Virus record (IMG/VR): IMGVR_UViG_3300044904_000056
Coordinates: 32,001-96,000 of that record
Strand: one strand, 5' to 3'
DNA from: a virus
Length of the DNA stretch: 64,000 nucleotides
Each line of letters opens with the position of its first letter. Positions within the stretch are counted from its first letter, which is position 1. The translations under genes and the position numbers were made by a program. Below the pieces are notes generated by a model. That model did not search any database, was not told the origin of the DNA, and saw only the letters and a list, made by a program, of their open reading frames with translations. This document shows positions 54,938 to 64,000 of the stretch, one piece after another.

Positions 54938-55755
54938 AATTGTCCTTTCAAAAAATCTTCTGTAAAGTGCTCGTACCTTTTAAGGTTGTTCAAAAAGTGA
55001 GATGGCAGTCTAGGGTCTGTTGTCTCCCGCCAAATAAAGGGTGCACCGCCCCTTCTGAAAATGTCTTTTCCTAGTGCTATGTCTGCAGCGGCCTGGCTCT
55101 CACTCCTACTAAGAAACTCTGTACAGATGTCGTCAGACGAATGAGAGAAGCTTCCTACTTTCTCACGAATCTGTTGAGCACCCCCAAAATAGCTAAAGTG
55201 CCAGCCAGCATTTTCTATTTGTTGAGAAGACGGAATGATAGCACGTGCACTCTCAGGACCCCCCAACCGTTGTATTTCTCCTACTGTTCCAGCTACAGCC
55301 TTATTCCAGCTGTCCACATATCTATTAATGCTGTAGTGGAACATCTCTTGTTTCAGTCTAAATGTCCGTGTTATTAGCTTTGAGAGATTCTCTTTGATTG
55401 TAACAGCACGAGGGATTTCATCGCAGTCAGAGATTATGACTACATCCTCGGGGGCGGCAACCTCAAGGATTCCTCCCATCAAAGAGTTGCGTTGATAGTA
55501 CTCCCTTAGCCAACCACTATCCCTCCCAGTGAATTCTGGGGTAAGGCTTTGAAGGAGAATGTGCCGTATTTTCCCTGTGAAAGGATTGAACCGCTCCCAA
55601 TTCTGGTAGAGGATTGGGGGCTTCTTTTCTGCAGAGCCGACTCTCTCTAGTGATTCGACTATGACAAAGGTGTCTACAATAGGAGACATCTCATTCAAGC
55701 GGATTTCTAGCAAATCTAGTTCGTCAAAAAACATGAAAGCATCAATAAGTTTCAC
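54934..55755 (-). CDS. GT17-like (beta-1,4-GlcNAc transferase) glycosyltransferase
   Basis: IDAFMFFDELDLLEIRLNE, REYYQRN, SDCDEIP, GWHFSY. Confidence 0.88.
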   Translation of the reverse strand: MKLIDAFMFFDELDLLEIRLNEMSPIVDTFVIVESLERVGSAEKKPPILYQNWERFNPFTGKIRHILLQSLTPEFTGRDSGWLREYYQRNSLMGGILEVAAPEDVVIISDCDEIPRAVTIKENLSKLITRTFRLKQEMFHYSINRYVDSWNKAVAGTVGEIQRLGGPESARAIIPSSQQIENAGWHFSYFGGAQQIREKVGSFSHSSDDICTEFLSRSESQAAADIALGKDIFRRGGAPFIWRETTDPRLPSHFLNNLKRYEHFTEDFLKGQL

Positions 55756-55763
55756 GTTTCACT

Positions 55764-56312
55764 TCACCTCTTAAACAAAACCCCAATGCCGCAATTCCGC
55801 AGAGGGTCTTCCCCGCTTTCTCCCATGTCCTGCCTTGACCGGGTATCTCTCGCCACGATTTCTACGGAGTACTTGTCCTTGCTAATCTCCAACCACACCT
55901 TACCTACCCCTGAGTTAAAGTCCACGATGTCGTGAAAACCAAGAATGGTCTCAGCATAGGGCCACCACAGCTCAAAATCTTTCCGTACAGATTCTTCAGA
56001 ATGATCAGCGTCGATGAATACCGCTTGTGGGAAGGCTCCGAGAAAATCAACAGCCTCACGGACAGTTTCTTCGCTCCTACTATCTCCAGGGATGAAATAC
56101 ACATCCGTAGAAAGTCCTACAGGGCGGTCACCAGGCCTGTTATCAACTGTAACAATCTTTTCAATCCCCGCCTCTCTTGCAAACGCTGCTGAATACCCTT
56201 TCCAGGAGCCCAGCTCAACGTACCGATGAACTCCCAAGGCCAAGCAAAGAGCTATCCAAGTGTGATATTCCCTCCCTCTCTGGAGCATCTCGGGATGTAA
56301 CTTTGGTAACAT
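55764..56312 (-). CDS. class I SAM methyltransferase (Methyltransf_24-like)
   Basis: VELGSWKGYS, GDS, FIDADH, FHD. Confidence 0.85.
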   Translation of the reverse strand: MLPKLHPEMLQRGREYHTWIALCLALGVHRYVELGSWKGYSAAFAREAGIEKIVTVDNRPGDRPVGLSTDVYFIPGDSRSEETVREAVDFLGAFPQAVFIDADHSEESVRKDFELWWPYAETILGFHDIVDFNSGVGKVWLEISKDKYSVEIVARDTRSRQDMGESGEDPLRNCGIGVLFKR

Positions 56313-56314
56313 GA

Positions 56315-57235
56315 CTAGTAGCCCCTCCCCTGCTCCTTCCAGAACTCTGCAGGGTCCCAGCCGTAGTGCTCAATGAATGACTTCAAGCAGTTGTCCCAGA
56401 TTCCAATAGCTAAGTCTGAATAACCAATGCTCTGGTTGTGAAGGTGAAGATGGGGGATATTTGGGACGATCACTACAGGTTCTAGCCCTTTCAATATAGC
56501 AGCTACAGGGTAATCCATATCGTAGACTAAGCCATACTTCTCATCAAATCCCCCAACTGCTTCCCAAGCCTCTATGGGAACGATCTGACCAGTTGGCCCC
56601 AGCTTCTGATGGAGGCAAGTCTTAGCAACTCCCCGGTATTGTACATACCAGCCGTCAAACTGAACCTCCCCAACGGGCTTCTCTCCCCCAAAATACCCAA
56701 CAGGCTTTCCTTCAGGGAGGAGTTTTCTCCAAAACTCTTCGCTCTCCAAATCCATAATATCCCATTTCGTTGCGTGTTGGTGCCAATGACCAGGTATTCC
56801 CCTCACGCAATCTTTATGGGGTACAAGAGCTTCCATACAGCCAAGACTTACCCCAGCAGCCTTCTGAAGTCTCTCGTCAGTGTCTAGGGCTTGAAACCAT
56901 TCTGAAACGTGCTCGTGATTCTCCCACAAGGGGGAAAAGATGATGTCGTCATGGAATAAGCAGGCGTGGGTATAGCCCAGGTCCTTCATCCATCTCATTG
57001 CGGCATTGAGTGCCCCGTTGATCCAGTGATTAGTTGGGTCATTGTAACGGAGAACTTCTAGGTTAGGCTCAGCCCTAAACCAGTCAAGAGAGGGGCTATT
57101 GTTTTCTTTCCAAGTCTTGCTCTGAATATCAAGAGCAACATGGATTATCAGACGAGGTTCTGACCTACGAAGAGAACGAATGGCCCGGATAAGCTTCTGT
57201 CCCCCAGTGCTGGCAAACACTACCCCTACTCTCAT
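56315..57235 (-). CDS. GT-A (GT2-like) glycosyltransferase
   Basis: ALNAAM, LFHDD, WEAVGGFDE, YDMDY. Confidence 0.75.
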   Translation of the reverse strand: MRVGVVFASTGGQKLIRAIRSLRRSEPRLIIHVALDIQSKTWKENNSPSLDWFRAEPNLEVLRYNDPTNHWINGALNAAMRWMKDLGYTHACLFHDDIIFSPLWENHEHVSEWFQALDTDERLQKAAGVSLGCMEALVPHKDCVRGIPGHWHQHATKWDIMDLESEEFWRKLLPEGKPVGYFGGEKPVGEVQFDGWYVQYRGVAKTCLHQKLGPTGQIVPIEAWEAVGGFDEKYGLVYDMDYPVAAILKGLEPVVIVPNIPHLHLHNQSIGYSDLAIGIWDNCLKSFIEHYGWDPAEFWKEQGRGY

Positions 57236-58101
57236 CGCATACCTCTTTCAATTATCCGCTTTGCCAACGCTTCAGTAGTCAGCTTCTCATATAGAACTTT
57301 ACGGAGCCTGTTGTACATATCTTGCCAAATCCCCAGGTCCCACTGAGCCTCCGGAAACTTGCTCCACACGTCGTATATCTTCCTTGCTTCAATCAGAAGT
57401 TCCTTCGGCATATGTTCCATCGTGGTAGGTGGGCAGTTTTCTAGCCCTGCAAAATATGGAATTGCACCAGCAGCTAGAATCTCATAGTGCCGCATACAAT
57501 CCCATCCGCCCTTCTTCATGGTGTACCCAAAATAGCTTTCTGTGTACTGCCGGTAGTACCAAGGCTCGTCGGTGTAGATGTAAGTACTCCGGTCACGAGG
57601 GTCTAGCTGAGACATCAACCGGATTTTATCAACAATACGGATATTGTTGTCATGGATGATTTTCTCTCGGGGGATAGCAAACTGAATAGACTCCCTCGGC
57701 TGGTTGGAATCTGAAAATTCCCGCTTGAGATAGATTCCCTTGCTGTCTACTTCCTGCATCACGCGGCTATCATCCAGCCCGTCAACAAAGATGACTCGGG
57801 AAGGGGGATAAGCCGATACAACCTGATCGAAGAAAGATAAGTCATGGAAGATGTCCCCATAGACTACTATGTCAAAATAGCGGGTGGAAATCTTCTTCGG
57901 GATATCCGTCCTGTCTACAAACGAATCATGAGGCAACAAACCCCATACCGTATAGCTGCCTGGTCCTGAGGTACGGTACATTGCGCTGATCCGCTGTATG
58001 TCAACGACATCAGGCCCTAGCAAGGAGCGTAGGCCGTGAAGAAGCATATCACATTGGTAGTCGTTAAACTGCCCTTGGGATATATAAAGGACTTTCGGCA
58101 T
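57232..58101 (-). CDS. putative glycosyltransferase
   Basis: DYQCD..HGLR, DG.D, KRE, KKGGWDCMRHYEILAAGAIPYF; start ATG 58101. Confidence 0.65.
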   Translation of the reverse strand: MPKVLYISQGQFNDYQCDMLLHGLRSLLGPDVVDIQRISAMYRTSGPGSYTVWGLLPHDSFVDRTDIPKKISTRYFDIVVYGDIFHDLSFFDQVVSAYPPSRVIFVDGLDDSRVMQEVDSKGIYLKREFSDSNQPRESIQFAIPREKIIHDNNIRIVDKIRLMSQLDPRDRSTYIYTDEPWYYRQYTESYFGYTMKKGGWDCMRHYEILAAGAIPYFAGLENCPPTTMEHMPKELLIEARKIYDVWSKFPEAQWDLGIWQDMYNRLRKVLYEKLTTEALAKRIIERGMR

Positions 58102-58102
58102 G

Positions 58103-58993
58103 TTAGATTCCTTGCTCTTTGCAAAATTCCCCGAGTGTTTTCCCAAACTTCTTGGTGAACGCAGCTGTTACATCACCCCACAATCCAACAGAAGGATCAG
58201 CATAACCGATACTCTGATTGTGAAGGTGTAGGAAGGGACCATCAGGGGCGTACAAGATTGGTTTGAGGTTCTTGTAAGCGCAAGCCGCAATGTAGTCGTG
58301 ATCGTAATGAACCCCCCATTCCTCATCAAAGCCTCCGACAGCTTCCCACGAAGCAACAGACACAATCTGAGCTGCTGGGCCAAGACGGAAACAGCGCCCA
58401 AATTCTTGAGAGTGGCAAGCGATATATTCGACAAAGAAAGTCGGGAAATCAATCTCACCTCTGACCGGCTTTCCTCCAACATACAGCTTCTTCCACAACT
58501 CCTCACTCTCCAAGTCCATGGCATCCCACACGTGGGGAGGATAATGCCAGTTGCCTTCCGTGTGCCGAATGTTTCCTGGATTCAGAGCAAAGGTCTCCAT
58601 GTATCCGAAGGAGAGGCCAGAGGCTTCCCGAGGAGTCTCCTCAGCTGCTATCCTCTCAGCCCAGTGAGAGATGTACTCTCTGTTTTCGGGTAAGGGGGAA
58701 AAGATCAGGTCATCGTGGAACAGACAGACGTGAGTATGCTTTAGGTTCTTCATCCAGAGCATAGCGTGGTTGAGAGTCCCATTGATATGAAATTTGTTCT
58801 TGAATTCCCTCACAAACGTGTTTGTCCCGTCCACCCCTGGGAGTCTCGGGTTGGTATTCCAGGTGTTACTTGATGTATCCACAGCTACGTGAATAGGGAG
58901 TTCCGGCTCCATCCTACGAAAAGAGCGAACGGCACGGCCAATCTTCTCCCCTCCTGTTGTCACAAATGCTACACCAACGCTCGTTTTCACCAT
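58103..58993 (-). CDS. GT-A (GT2-like) glycosyltransferase, paralog of 56315-57235
   Basis: Shared GG.K..RA.RS.RR.EP, LFHDD.IFSPL, MDLESEE, WEAVGGFDE, LHLHNQSIGY. Confidence 0.75.
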   Translation of the reverse strand: MVKTSVGVAFVTTGGEKIGRAVRSFRRMEPELPIHVAVDTSSNTWNTNPRLPGVDGTNTFVREFKNKFHINGTLNHAMLWMKNLKHTHVCLFHDDLIFSPLPENREYISHWAERIAAEETPREASGLSFGYMETFALNPGNIRHTEGNWHYPPHVWDAMDLESEELWKKLYVGGKPVRGEIDFPTFFVEYIACHSQEFGRCFRLGPAAQIVSVASWEAVGGFDEEWGVHYDHDYIAACAYKNLKPILYAPDGPFLHLHNQSIGYADPSVGLWGDVTAAFTKKFGKTLGEFCKEQGI

Positions 58994-59544
58994 ACGTGTT
59001 CTCCTCGAATAACAATCAATCTATCATCTTCAACATCAGGACGGGCTGTCTCAGGCTGAACTATTTCATACCTAAAACGAAGCTGCGGGATTACCGCCTC
59101 AGGATGCCCGACATCCTCGATTACATACACCCCGTCAATACCTAGCAAAGAAGCCAGAATGTTAGCTGTTTGAATCTGATGTTGAGGCTGGTGGGAACCA
59201 TCATCTACCATAAAGTCAAAGTCAGGACCAGCCCACCCTCCCGCGTTCACGAGATCAACAGTATAGCTTTGATCACATTGGAAGAATGTCATTCTCTCTT
59301 CGTGCCGTAATCTTTCAATCCAGTTCGGATTAGACTCTAAGCCATAGATGATAGCATTTGGGAAATAGTCCCTCCACATAAAGAGGCTCCAGCCCTGGTC
59401 TATCCCCAGCTCCAAGACTTTCTTGACTGATTCCCGCCTGTCCTTAAAGAGACTGTGATAGTATGGAGTGTAGTTATGCCCCCCAGGACCTTTGTCAGTG
59501 CCGTACTTGAGAGCAAGTTTGCAAAGCTCTGTTTCTTGAGCCAT
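58987..59544 (-). CDS. sugar O-methyltransferase-like (MycE/TylE-type motifs)
   Basis: YGTDK..HNYTPYY, VLELG, WRDYFP, DQS, DDGSH, YVIED. Confidence 0.82.
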   Translation of the reverse strand: MAQETELCKLALKYGTDKGPGGHNYTPYYHSLFKDRRESVKKVLELGIDQGWSLFMWRDYFPNAIIYGLESNPNWIERLRHEERMTFFQCDQSYTVDLVNAGGWAGPDFDFMVDDGSHQPQHQIQTANILASLLGIDGVYVIEDVGHPEAVIPQLRFRYEIVQPETARPDVEDDRLIVIRGEHVW

Positions 59545-59590
59545 CCTACCCCCTTTGTAAAGGGGTGAGTTTCCCCACCCCCTCAAAAAA

Positions 59591-60055
59591 CTAGAATTGA
59601 TCTTTCAGGATGATAAATTGCGAGCCATTCAATGTAAATCTAGGGATACTACAACAGGTTGGAGGGTCTATCTCCATTTGGGGGACAACATCCGGGGATG
59701 ATGTTGTAATCTCAACTGCAAAATAGTCGGTAATCCCTCCTGGGACAGTGTACTGGAAGACAGCGCGAGTCCCTGGGGGAATGGGGGTAAACGTGCCGGA
59801 GTATACCAAATTTGTAGCACAAGGAAATCCGGTACACCGCCAGATGTTAACTGTAGAGGTCTGATTATTAGGCCCCGCGTTCCAGGAGTTTATTGTAAAG
59901 GTCTCTGCAGACTGAGCAAATACAACCCCAGAGAGATAAGCATAGTTGTGAGCGGAAACAACTTGAGCCTTCACTTCCCGAACTTGGTTGAAGATTAGCC
60001 CAAAGCCCACAAGTACAAACAGCAACAGACTGATTACAGCAATTCTCTTTCTCAT
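59591..60055 (-). CDS. secreted / membrane-anchored protein
   Basis: N-terminal signal (MRKRIAVISLLLFVLVGFGL..VKA), beta-rich body. Confidence 0.65.
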   Translation of the reverse strand: MRKRIAVISLLLFVLVGFGLIFNQVREVKAQVVSAHNYAYLSGVVFAQSAETFTINSWNAGPNNQTSTVNIWRCTGFPCATNLVYSGTFTPIPPGTRAVFQYTVPGGITDYFAVEITTSSPDVVPQMEIDPPTCCSIPRFTLNGSQFIILKDQF

Positions 60056-60795
60056 CTTGATTCTCCTTTTCCCATAGCGAAGGTGATGATATCCCCCCGT
60101 TCATTTCCGGGACGGATATCACTTTCTTCCCTTCCCCTATATAGAACGCGCAACCCTAGCTTTTCAGCGAGAATGCCCAGACTAGGCTCTGTCCACAGCC
60201 ACAAATGCTCCTTCGCCTTCCAATGTTTCCAAGCCCGGAGTTGCGCGTCTTCCCATAGCGGCACGACTGAGACGTTCGGAGTCACCAATATAAGTACCCC
60301 GCCGCCAGTCAGGCACGCCCGTAGGCTGGACTTGAGGCTCTCTAAGGGGTCTTCTAGGTGTTCCAAAACGTCAAACATGGTGATAATGTGGGCTTTGACG
60401 TCAGAATCGAGCATTTCAATGACTTTCGACTGGATTCTCTGCCTCGCTAAACCAGCTGCTATTTGGTTCGGCTCGAAACCCACACAATTGTAGTGCTGCT
60501 CTGCGAATCGTAGGAACTCCCCTATGCAACAGCCGATATCCAGCAGAGTCTGCCCCGGACGGAGCCAGCGGGAGACTACGCCTAGGCGGGAGAGATTCAG
60601 GGGGGTATTGACTTGAGGATTGGTTGCGTATCTAAGGTAGGTTTCAGCGTAGTCTTCCCGATAGATTGTTGAATCATAGTGATACTTTGTACGGATTGCC
60701 CCGCAGCTAATGCAACGGATGTACTCTTGGTCTTCGGGGGTTATGGTGGGATGCTTGCAAATTGGGCAGGAGATGCTGCTCCCATAGAGTTTCAC
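60052..60795 (-). CDS. class I SAM methyltransferase with N-terminal Zn ribbon
   Basis: CPIC..CISC, LLDIGCCIG, FDVLEHLEDP, TPN, EHLW. Confidence 0.88.
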   Translation of the reverse strand: MKLYGSSISCPICKHPTITPEDQEYIRCISCGAIRTKYHYDSTIYREDYAETYLRYATNPQVNTPLNLSRLGVVSRWLRPGQTLLDIGCCIGEFLRFAEQHYNCVGFEPNQIAAGLARQRIQSKVIEMLDSDVKAHIITMFDVLEHLEDPLESLKSSLRACLTGGGVLILVTPNVSVVPLWEDAQLRAWKHWKAKEHLWLWTEPSLGILAEKLGLRVLYRGREESDIRPGNERGDIITFAMGKGESR

Positions 60796-60813
60796 TGGGC
60801 TAGTTCCCCTGAA

Positions 60814-61515
60814 TTACTGGCCGTAGGCTACTGGGAACAGCCGCTGCCCTTCAGCAATGAAGGGATTGCGGAAAGGAGTCCCGTTCTGCAGAGAACGGCG
60901 CAGACGGCGATGGCACTTCGCACGGAGCTTCTCAAATTTGACTTCGCTCTTGCTAAGTTTGACTCCGCCCTTTTTGAGTTCTCTCTCCTGTTCCCGGCTG
61001 CCGATGATCTTGCCCCCCGGCTTCACGTCAATAGCAGTCACTATGGCCCGGCGCATATTGCCCTTCTCGTCCATCAGGGTAGTTTCCTGAAGGACTGCTG
61101 GGCGCGGATGACGCTCCTCATAGGCCGCATAATCCTGGAGGGAAGCTTCGTACAGTTTCCGGATAGCTTCTGCGTCCTGGGGGAAGTTTGGAGGAATGCA
61201 GAGATAACCAAGCCCACTCCGGAAAAGAACTTTCCGCTTTTTCTTTGCCAAGTCAGACTCAGGATCACCGATGTCTACGCAAACTTTTGAGTCATAGTAG
61301 AACCGGGAACACGTGCCATCCTTACCAAGCTCCCGTTGGAGTGCGTCCCCATTCCAATTCGAGAAATAGCCGCCCTGTACTACAAAGGAAATCGCATCTG
61401 ACGGAACTCCGAATTCAGATTTGCTCTTTGAAACCCGGTGTTCTGGGCCCTCAATGATTTGACCTTTTTCCCCCATCGTCCCTGTCCTGGAAAACAACTC
61501 TGTCTGCAACTCCAT
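60814..61515 (-). CDS. hypothetical protein downstream of capsid
   Basis: AGGAGG RBS; 233 aa. Confidence 0.7.
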   Translation of the reverse strand: MELQTELFSRTGTMGEKGQIIEGPEHRVSKSKSEFGVPSDAISFVVQGGYFSNWNGDALQRELGKDGTCSRFYYDSKVCVDIGDPESDLAKKKRKVLFRSGLGYLCIPPNFPQDAEAIRKLYEASLQDYAAYEERHPRPAVLQETTLMDEKGNMRRAIVTAIDVKPGGKIIGSREQERELKKGGVKLSKSEVKFEKLRAKCHRRLRRSLQNGTPFRNPFIAEGQRLFPVAYGQ

Positions 61516-61535
61516 TTGAACCCTCCTTGCATAGA

Positions 61536-61563
61536 CAAAGGGGCTTCGTTATGGAAGCCCCTC
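61536..61563 (-). terminator. terminator after major capsid gene
   Basis: AGGGGCTTC-CATAAC-GAAGCCCCT then TTGTCT. Confidence 0.65.
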
Positions 61564-61589
61564 CGTACTAAAAGAACTTGTGCAGTGCC

Positions 61590-62684
61590 TTAGATTGAAC
61601 CATCGTCTCCGCAGTAAATGAACCTGCTCTCAACGATGCCCACTTCAAACCTAGAGCGAGACTTGAAGCGGTACACTTCAGAACTGAAAGAGACGCCAGA
61701 TGCCGGATTCTCTTGGAGGATTTCCAGGGGATCACGGCGCTGGAACACGACTGCTTTCTTGAAGTCACCCAGATACCAGGACTTGGCCGGTAGGAACCTC
61801 GACACAAGGAGCTTGTACAGCCCCTGCAGTGGGTTGATGGTCATTGTGAACCCAGTTGTGTCTGCCGTTCCCGAAGGTACGGAAGGCTGCAACGTAGAGT
61901 TCAACAGCTTCGCAGCAACGAACTTATCGAGAGTGGAAACCAGAATAGTATTCGGACTCACGAGGAACTTGTTCCCCAGCGGGTCCACGATACTCATCAG
62001 GTTGATATCTGCCGTTTCAAGGAAGGCCTGCGACAGCCGGTTGAAGCCCGCTGCAACAGTTGGGCGGTTGCCCTTGAATGTGCTGTAAGTTCCGCCTCCG
62101 CCAGTCCCGGTATAGCCGGTAGGAACTGTATCAGAGAAGCTCACGTCTGGATCAACGGTAACTCCCTGCAAAGTCCCACCAAGTCCGGTGACTTTCAAGA
62201 TCACATAAATCTCTTCCATGATCTTGAAGTTCTCGCCCATCTGCGAAGCCCGGTTCTTGATCTGACCTGTCTGGTCATCGTCAAAGAGTTCCCTCTCAAA
62301 CGACTCGATCATACCGACCTTCACGTTGGTGAGAACACGGCTCAGGCCGACAACTGGATTGTCCTGGAATTCCTGCCCGCGGTCAACTCTCTTAGGCAGG
62401 TTCGGACGGTACAGTGGCGCATAGTATTCCTGGAAGCGGCGGGATGCAATCTCCGTCACTAGGTCAGGGTACACTACGGGCACTGTCTGGTAGCTGTTGA
62501 TTGCGTAAGTCTGGATGCCAGCCCTCAGAAGCTGTCCAAAAGCAGACTCCGCATTTGCTTCACGCAGTCTCGCGGCCTGATTGTAAACAGACTCACGAAG
62601 ACGGCGGAAGCTGAGTTGAGGATTCAGCCAATCAATCTTGGCCGCTGCCTCTTCCCAAATTGTTACGGGCCTTCCGTTATGCAT
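61590..62684 (-). CDS. major capsid protein (HK97 fold, Mu gpT-like)
   Basis: KVG..SFERELFDDDQTGQI, P.TILV, INPL, SWYL, followed by terminator. Confidence 0.85.
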   Translation of the reverse strand: MHNGRPVTIWEEAAAKIDWLNPQLSFRRLRESVYNQAARLREANAESAFGQLLRAGIQTYAINSYQTVPVVYPDLVTEIASRRFQEYYAPLYRPNLPKRVDRGQEFQDNPVVGLSRVLTNVKVGMIESFERELFDDDQTGQIKNRASQMGENFKIMEEIYVILKVTGLGGTLQGVTVDPDVSFSDTVPTGYTGTGGGGTYSTFKGNRPTVAAGFNRLSQAFLETADINLMSIVDPLGNKFLVSPNTILVSTLDKFVAAKLLNSTLQPSVPSGTADTTGFTMTINPLQGLYKLLVSRFLPAKSWYLGDFKKAVVFQRRDPLEILQENPASGVSFSSEVYRFKSRSRFEVGIVESRFIYCGDDGSI

Positions 62685-62702
62685 GTTGTCTTCGCTCCTC
62701 TG

Positions 62703-63230
62703 TTAAATTGTCGCGAGCCTATTGTACGGCACTGATGCAACCGCAGCGTTCTGTCCAGGAACGATTGCGATCAACAGTGGGGTTACGTGAGCAGTTGCTG
62801 AAATACCAACGGATGCGCCGGCAGTGACCGTGAAAAAGTTCTCGGGTGCGACGAAGCCGATGATGTTGTTTGCCGATGACCCTGTATGAGTGACCTCTTG
62901 AGGGTCTGCTCCAATGGTCACGGCGTCTCCTGGATAATACGTAGCGTAGTCACCCGCTGTGAACTGAATAATCCCACGGGTGATGACGGTGATCCTAGAC
63001 ACGGGCAAGTTCTGCCCGAGGTTGTTGATCGGGTTCGTATCATTCGAGACGCCAATGAAGTACTGCGCTGCCGCTTGAGAGCCGGCATCGCCTGCGACCA
63101 TAGGAGTGGCAATCGCGGTAGCAACGACCCATTTCATCATGTCACCAGAGTTGAAGCTGGTACTTAGATTGACAGGTACGCCACTGACCCGCTCTTTTTC
63201 AACCTTAACGTTATTTAACGGCTGACTCAC
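62703..63230 (-). CDS. capsid cement / decoration protein
   Basis: Directly upstream of MCP; GD..FIGV..V.TRG..GDAV..IGFV pattern. Confidence 0.65.
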   Translation of the reverse strand: MSQPLNNVKVEKERVSGVPVNLSTSFNSGDMMKWVVATAIATPMVAGDAGSQAAAQYFIGVSNDTNPINNLGQNLPVSRITVITRGIIQFTAGDYATYYPGDAVTIGADPQEVTHTGSSANNIIGFVAPENFFTVTAGASVGISATAHVTPLLIAIVPGQNAAVASVPYNRLATI

Positions 63231-63247
63231 TTGTCATCTCCTGACTG

Positions 63248-64000
63248 CTATTCGTCTTCCTTCACTGGGATGCCATCGCTGGCAAGCCCGTCAAGAAGCT
63301 CAGAGTTTTCTGCTCCGGTGGGTCTCCAGGATACAACACCGCCTCTGGCTCCTGCACCATCAACGCTTTCAGACAACCTGGCAATCGCGCCTTCTGTAGC
63401 AGATTCCAAGAGGCGTGCTGCCATCTTGATCTCGTGGACCTGTTCCTTGCGGTTGAGACCATACAGGCTCTCACGCAGAGTGCGAGCAGCTCCAAGAGTC
63501 AGAATTTCCTTTTCGACGGCCAGCGAAGTCAGCTGGTTGGCAGACTTCACTGATTCGTTGAACCGCATAATGCCCTTGTAGCGGACAATCTTGCGGTCCT
63601 TCGCCCGATTCGATTCGCGGAGGCGAGCAATGAAACCCTCCAGCTTCTCGATGCGGCGATTTGCTTCACGGACGATGGGCTTTGCGAACTTCCGCGCACG
63701 GCGGTTGCGAGCAAAGCGGGAGGTTTTGATCTTGTAGGATTTGCCAACGCCTGAGGTGGAATCATCTTCCGTTCCAAAATCCTCATCGCTGTCTTCGTAA
63801 CCACGGTCAGGGTCTGCACCCTTCGGAAGCGCCGAATGACCCGAGTGTCCGAGACCACCCGCGAAAGACGCCTTCTTGACTTGTGGACCTTGCGAGGAGC
63901 CATCAGCTTCACGACCACGTGAACGGTGACGGCGGTTGCGGCCAGACTCTGCGACGTTTCCTGGTCTCATCATGTCGTGTTCGTCCTCATCCTCCAATGC
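63248..64000 (-). CDS. scaffold (or protease-scaffold) protein, C-terminal part
   Basis: Open to window edge; charged, coiled-coil, repeated (L)RES/RE motifs also seen at the MCP N-terminus. Confidence 0.6.
   Translation of the reverse strand, partial: ALEDEDEHDMMRPGNVAESGRNRRHRSRGREADGSSQGPQVKKASFAGGLGHSGHSALPKGADPDRGYEDSDEDFGTEDDSTSGVGKSYKIKTSRFARNRRARKFAKPIVREANRRIEKLEGFIARLRESNRAKDRKIVRYKGIMRFNESVKSANQLTSLAVEKEILTLGAARTLRESLYGLNRKEQVHEIKMAARLLESATEGAIARLSESVDGAGARGGVVSWRPTGAENSELLDGLASDGIPVKEDE

Noticed and set aside
60141-60149. Sixth GCGTTCTAT copy as a promoter
   Set aside because: Intragenic and ~86 nt from the next likely start, unlike the other five; may be chance.
1-64000. Stop-codon reassignment, tRNA genes, integrase, tail sheath
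   Set aside because: Genes are full length in the standard code with TAG, TGA and TAA all used as stops; no tRNA, integrase or sheath was recognised by eye in this window.

Overview
A 64-kb segment of a large tailed dsDNA phage genome, probably a siphovirus: it has a tail tube, a frameshifted tail chaperone and a tape measure, and no sheath is visible. Essentially all genes are on the minus strand. Read in transcription order (right to left): (1) head genes (scaffold C-terminus, cement protein, major capsid); (2) an ~11-kb island of glycosyltransferases, methyltransferases and an epimerase, interrupted by NUMOD3 homing endonucleases; (3) head-tail joining and tail genes; (4) SF2 helicase, putative origin, DnaB and primase; (5) a ~1.3-kb mostly non-coding region with a boxA-like site and a large structured RNA candidate; (6) accessory genes (FtsK, UDG-like, HU, sigma factor, Ser/Asp-repeat protein); (7) a 5-hydroxymethyluracil hypermodification cluster; (8) a UDG-PolA fusion and a T4-like recombination set (UvsY, SSB, RecA, 5'-3' exonuclease, Mre11-like). 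The most striking unexplained signal is the tetrapeptide RFPR, found 15 times in 13 unrelated non-structural ORFs, usually near a terminus and encoded by different synonymous codons. This suggests a phage-wide protein addressing or docking tag. A conserved GCGTTCTAT promoter-like element is also present. All family assignments come from motifs recognised by eye; no database search was run.
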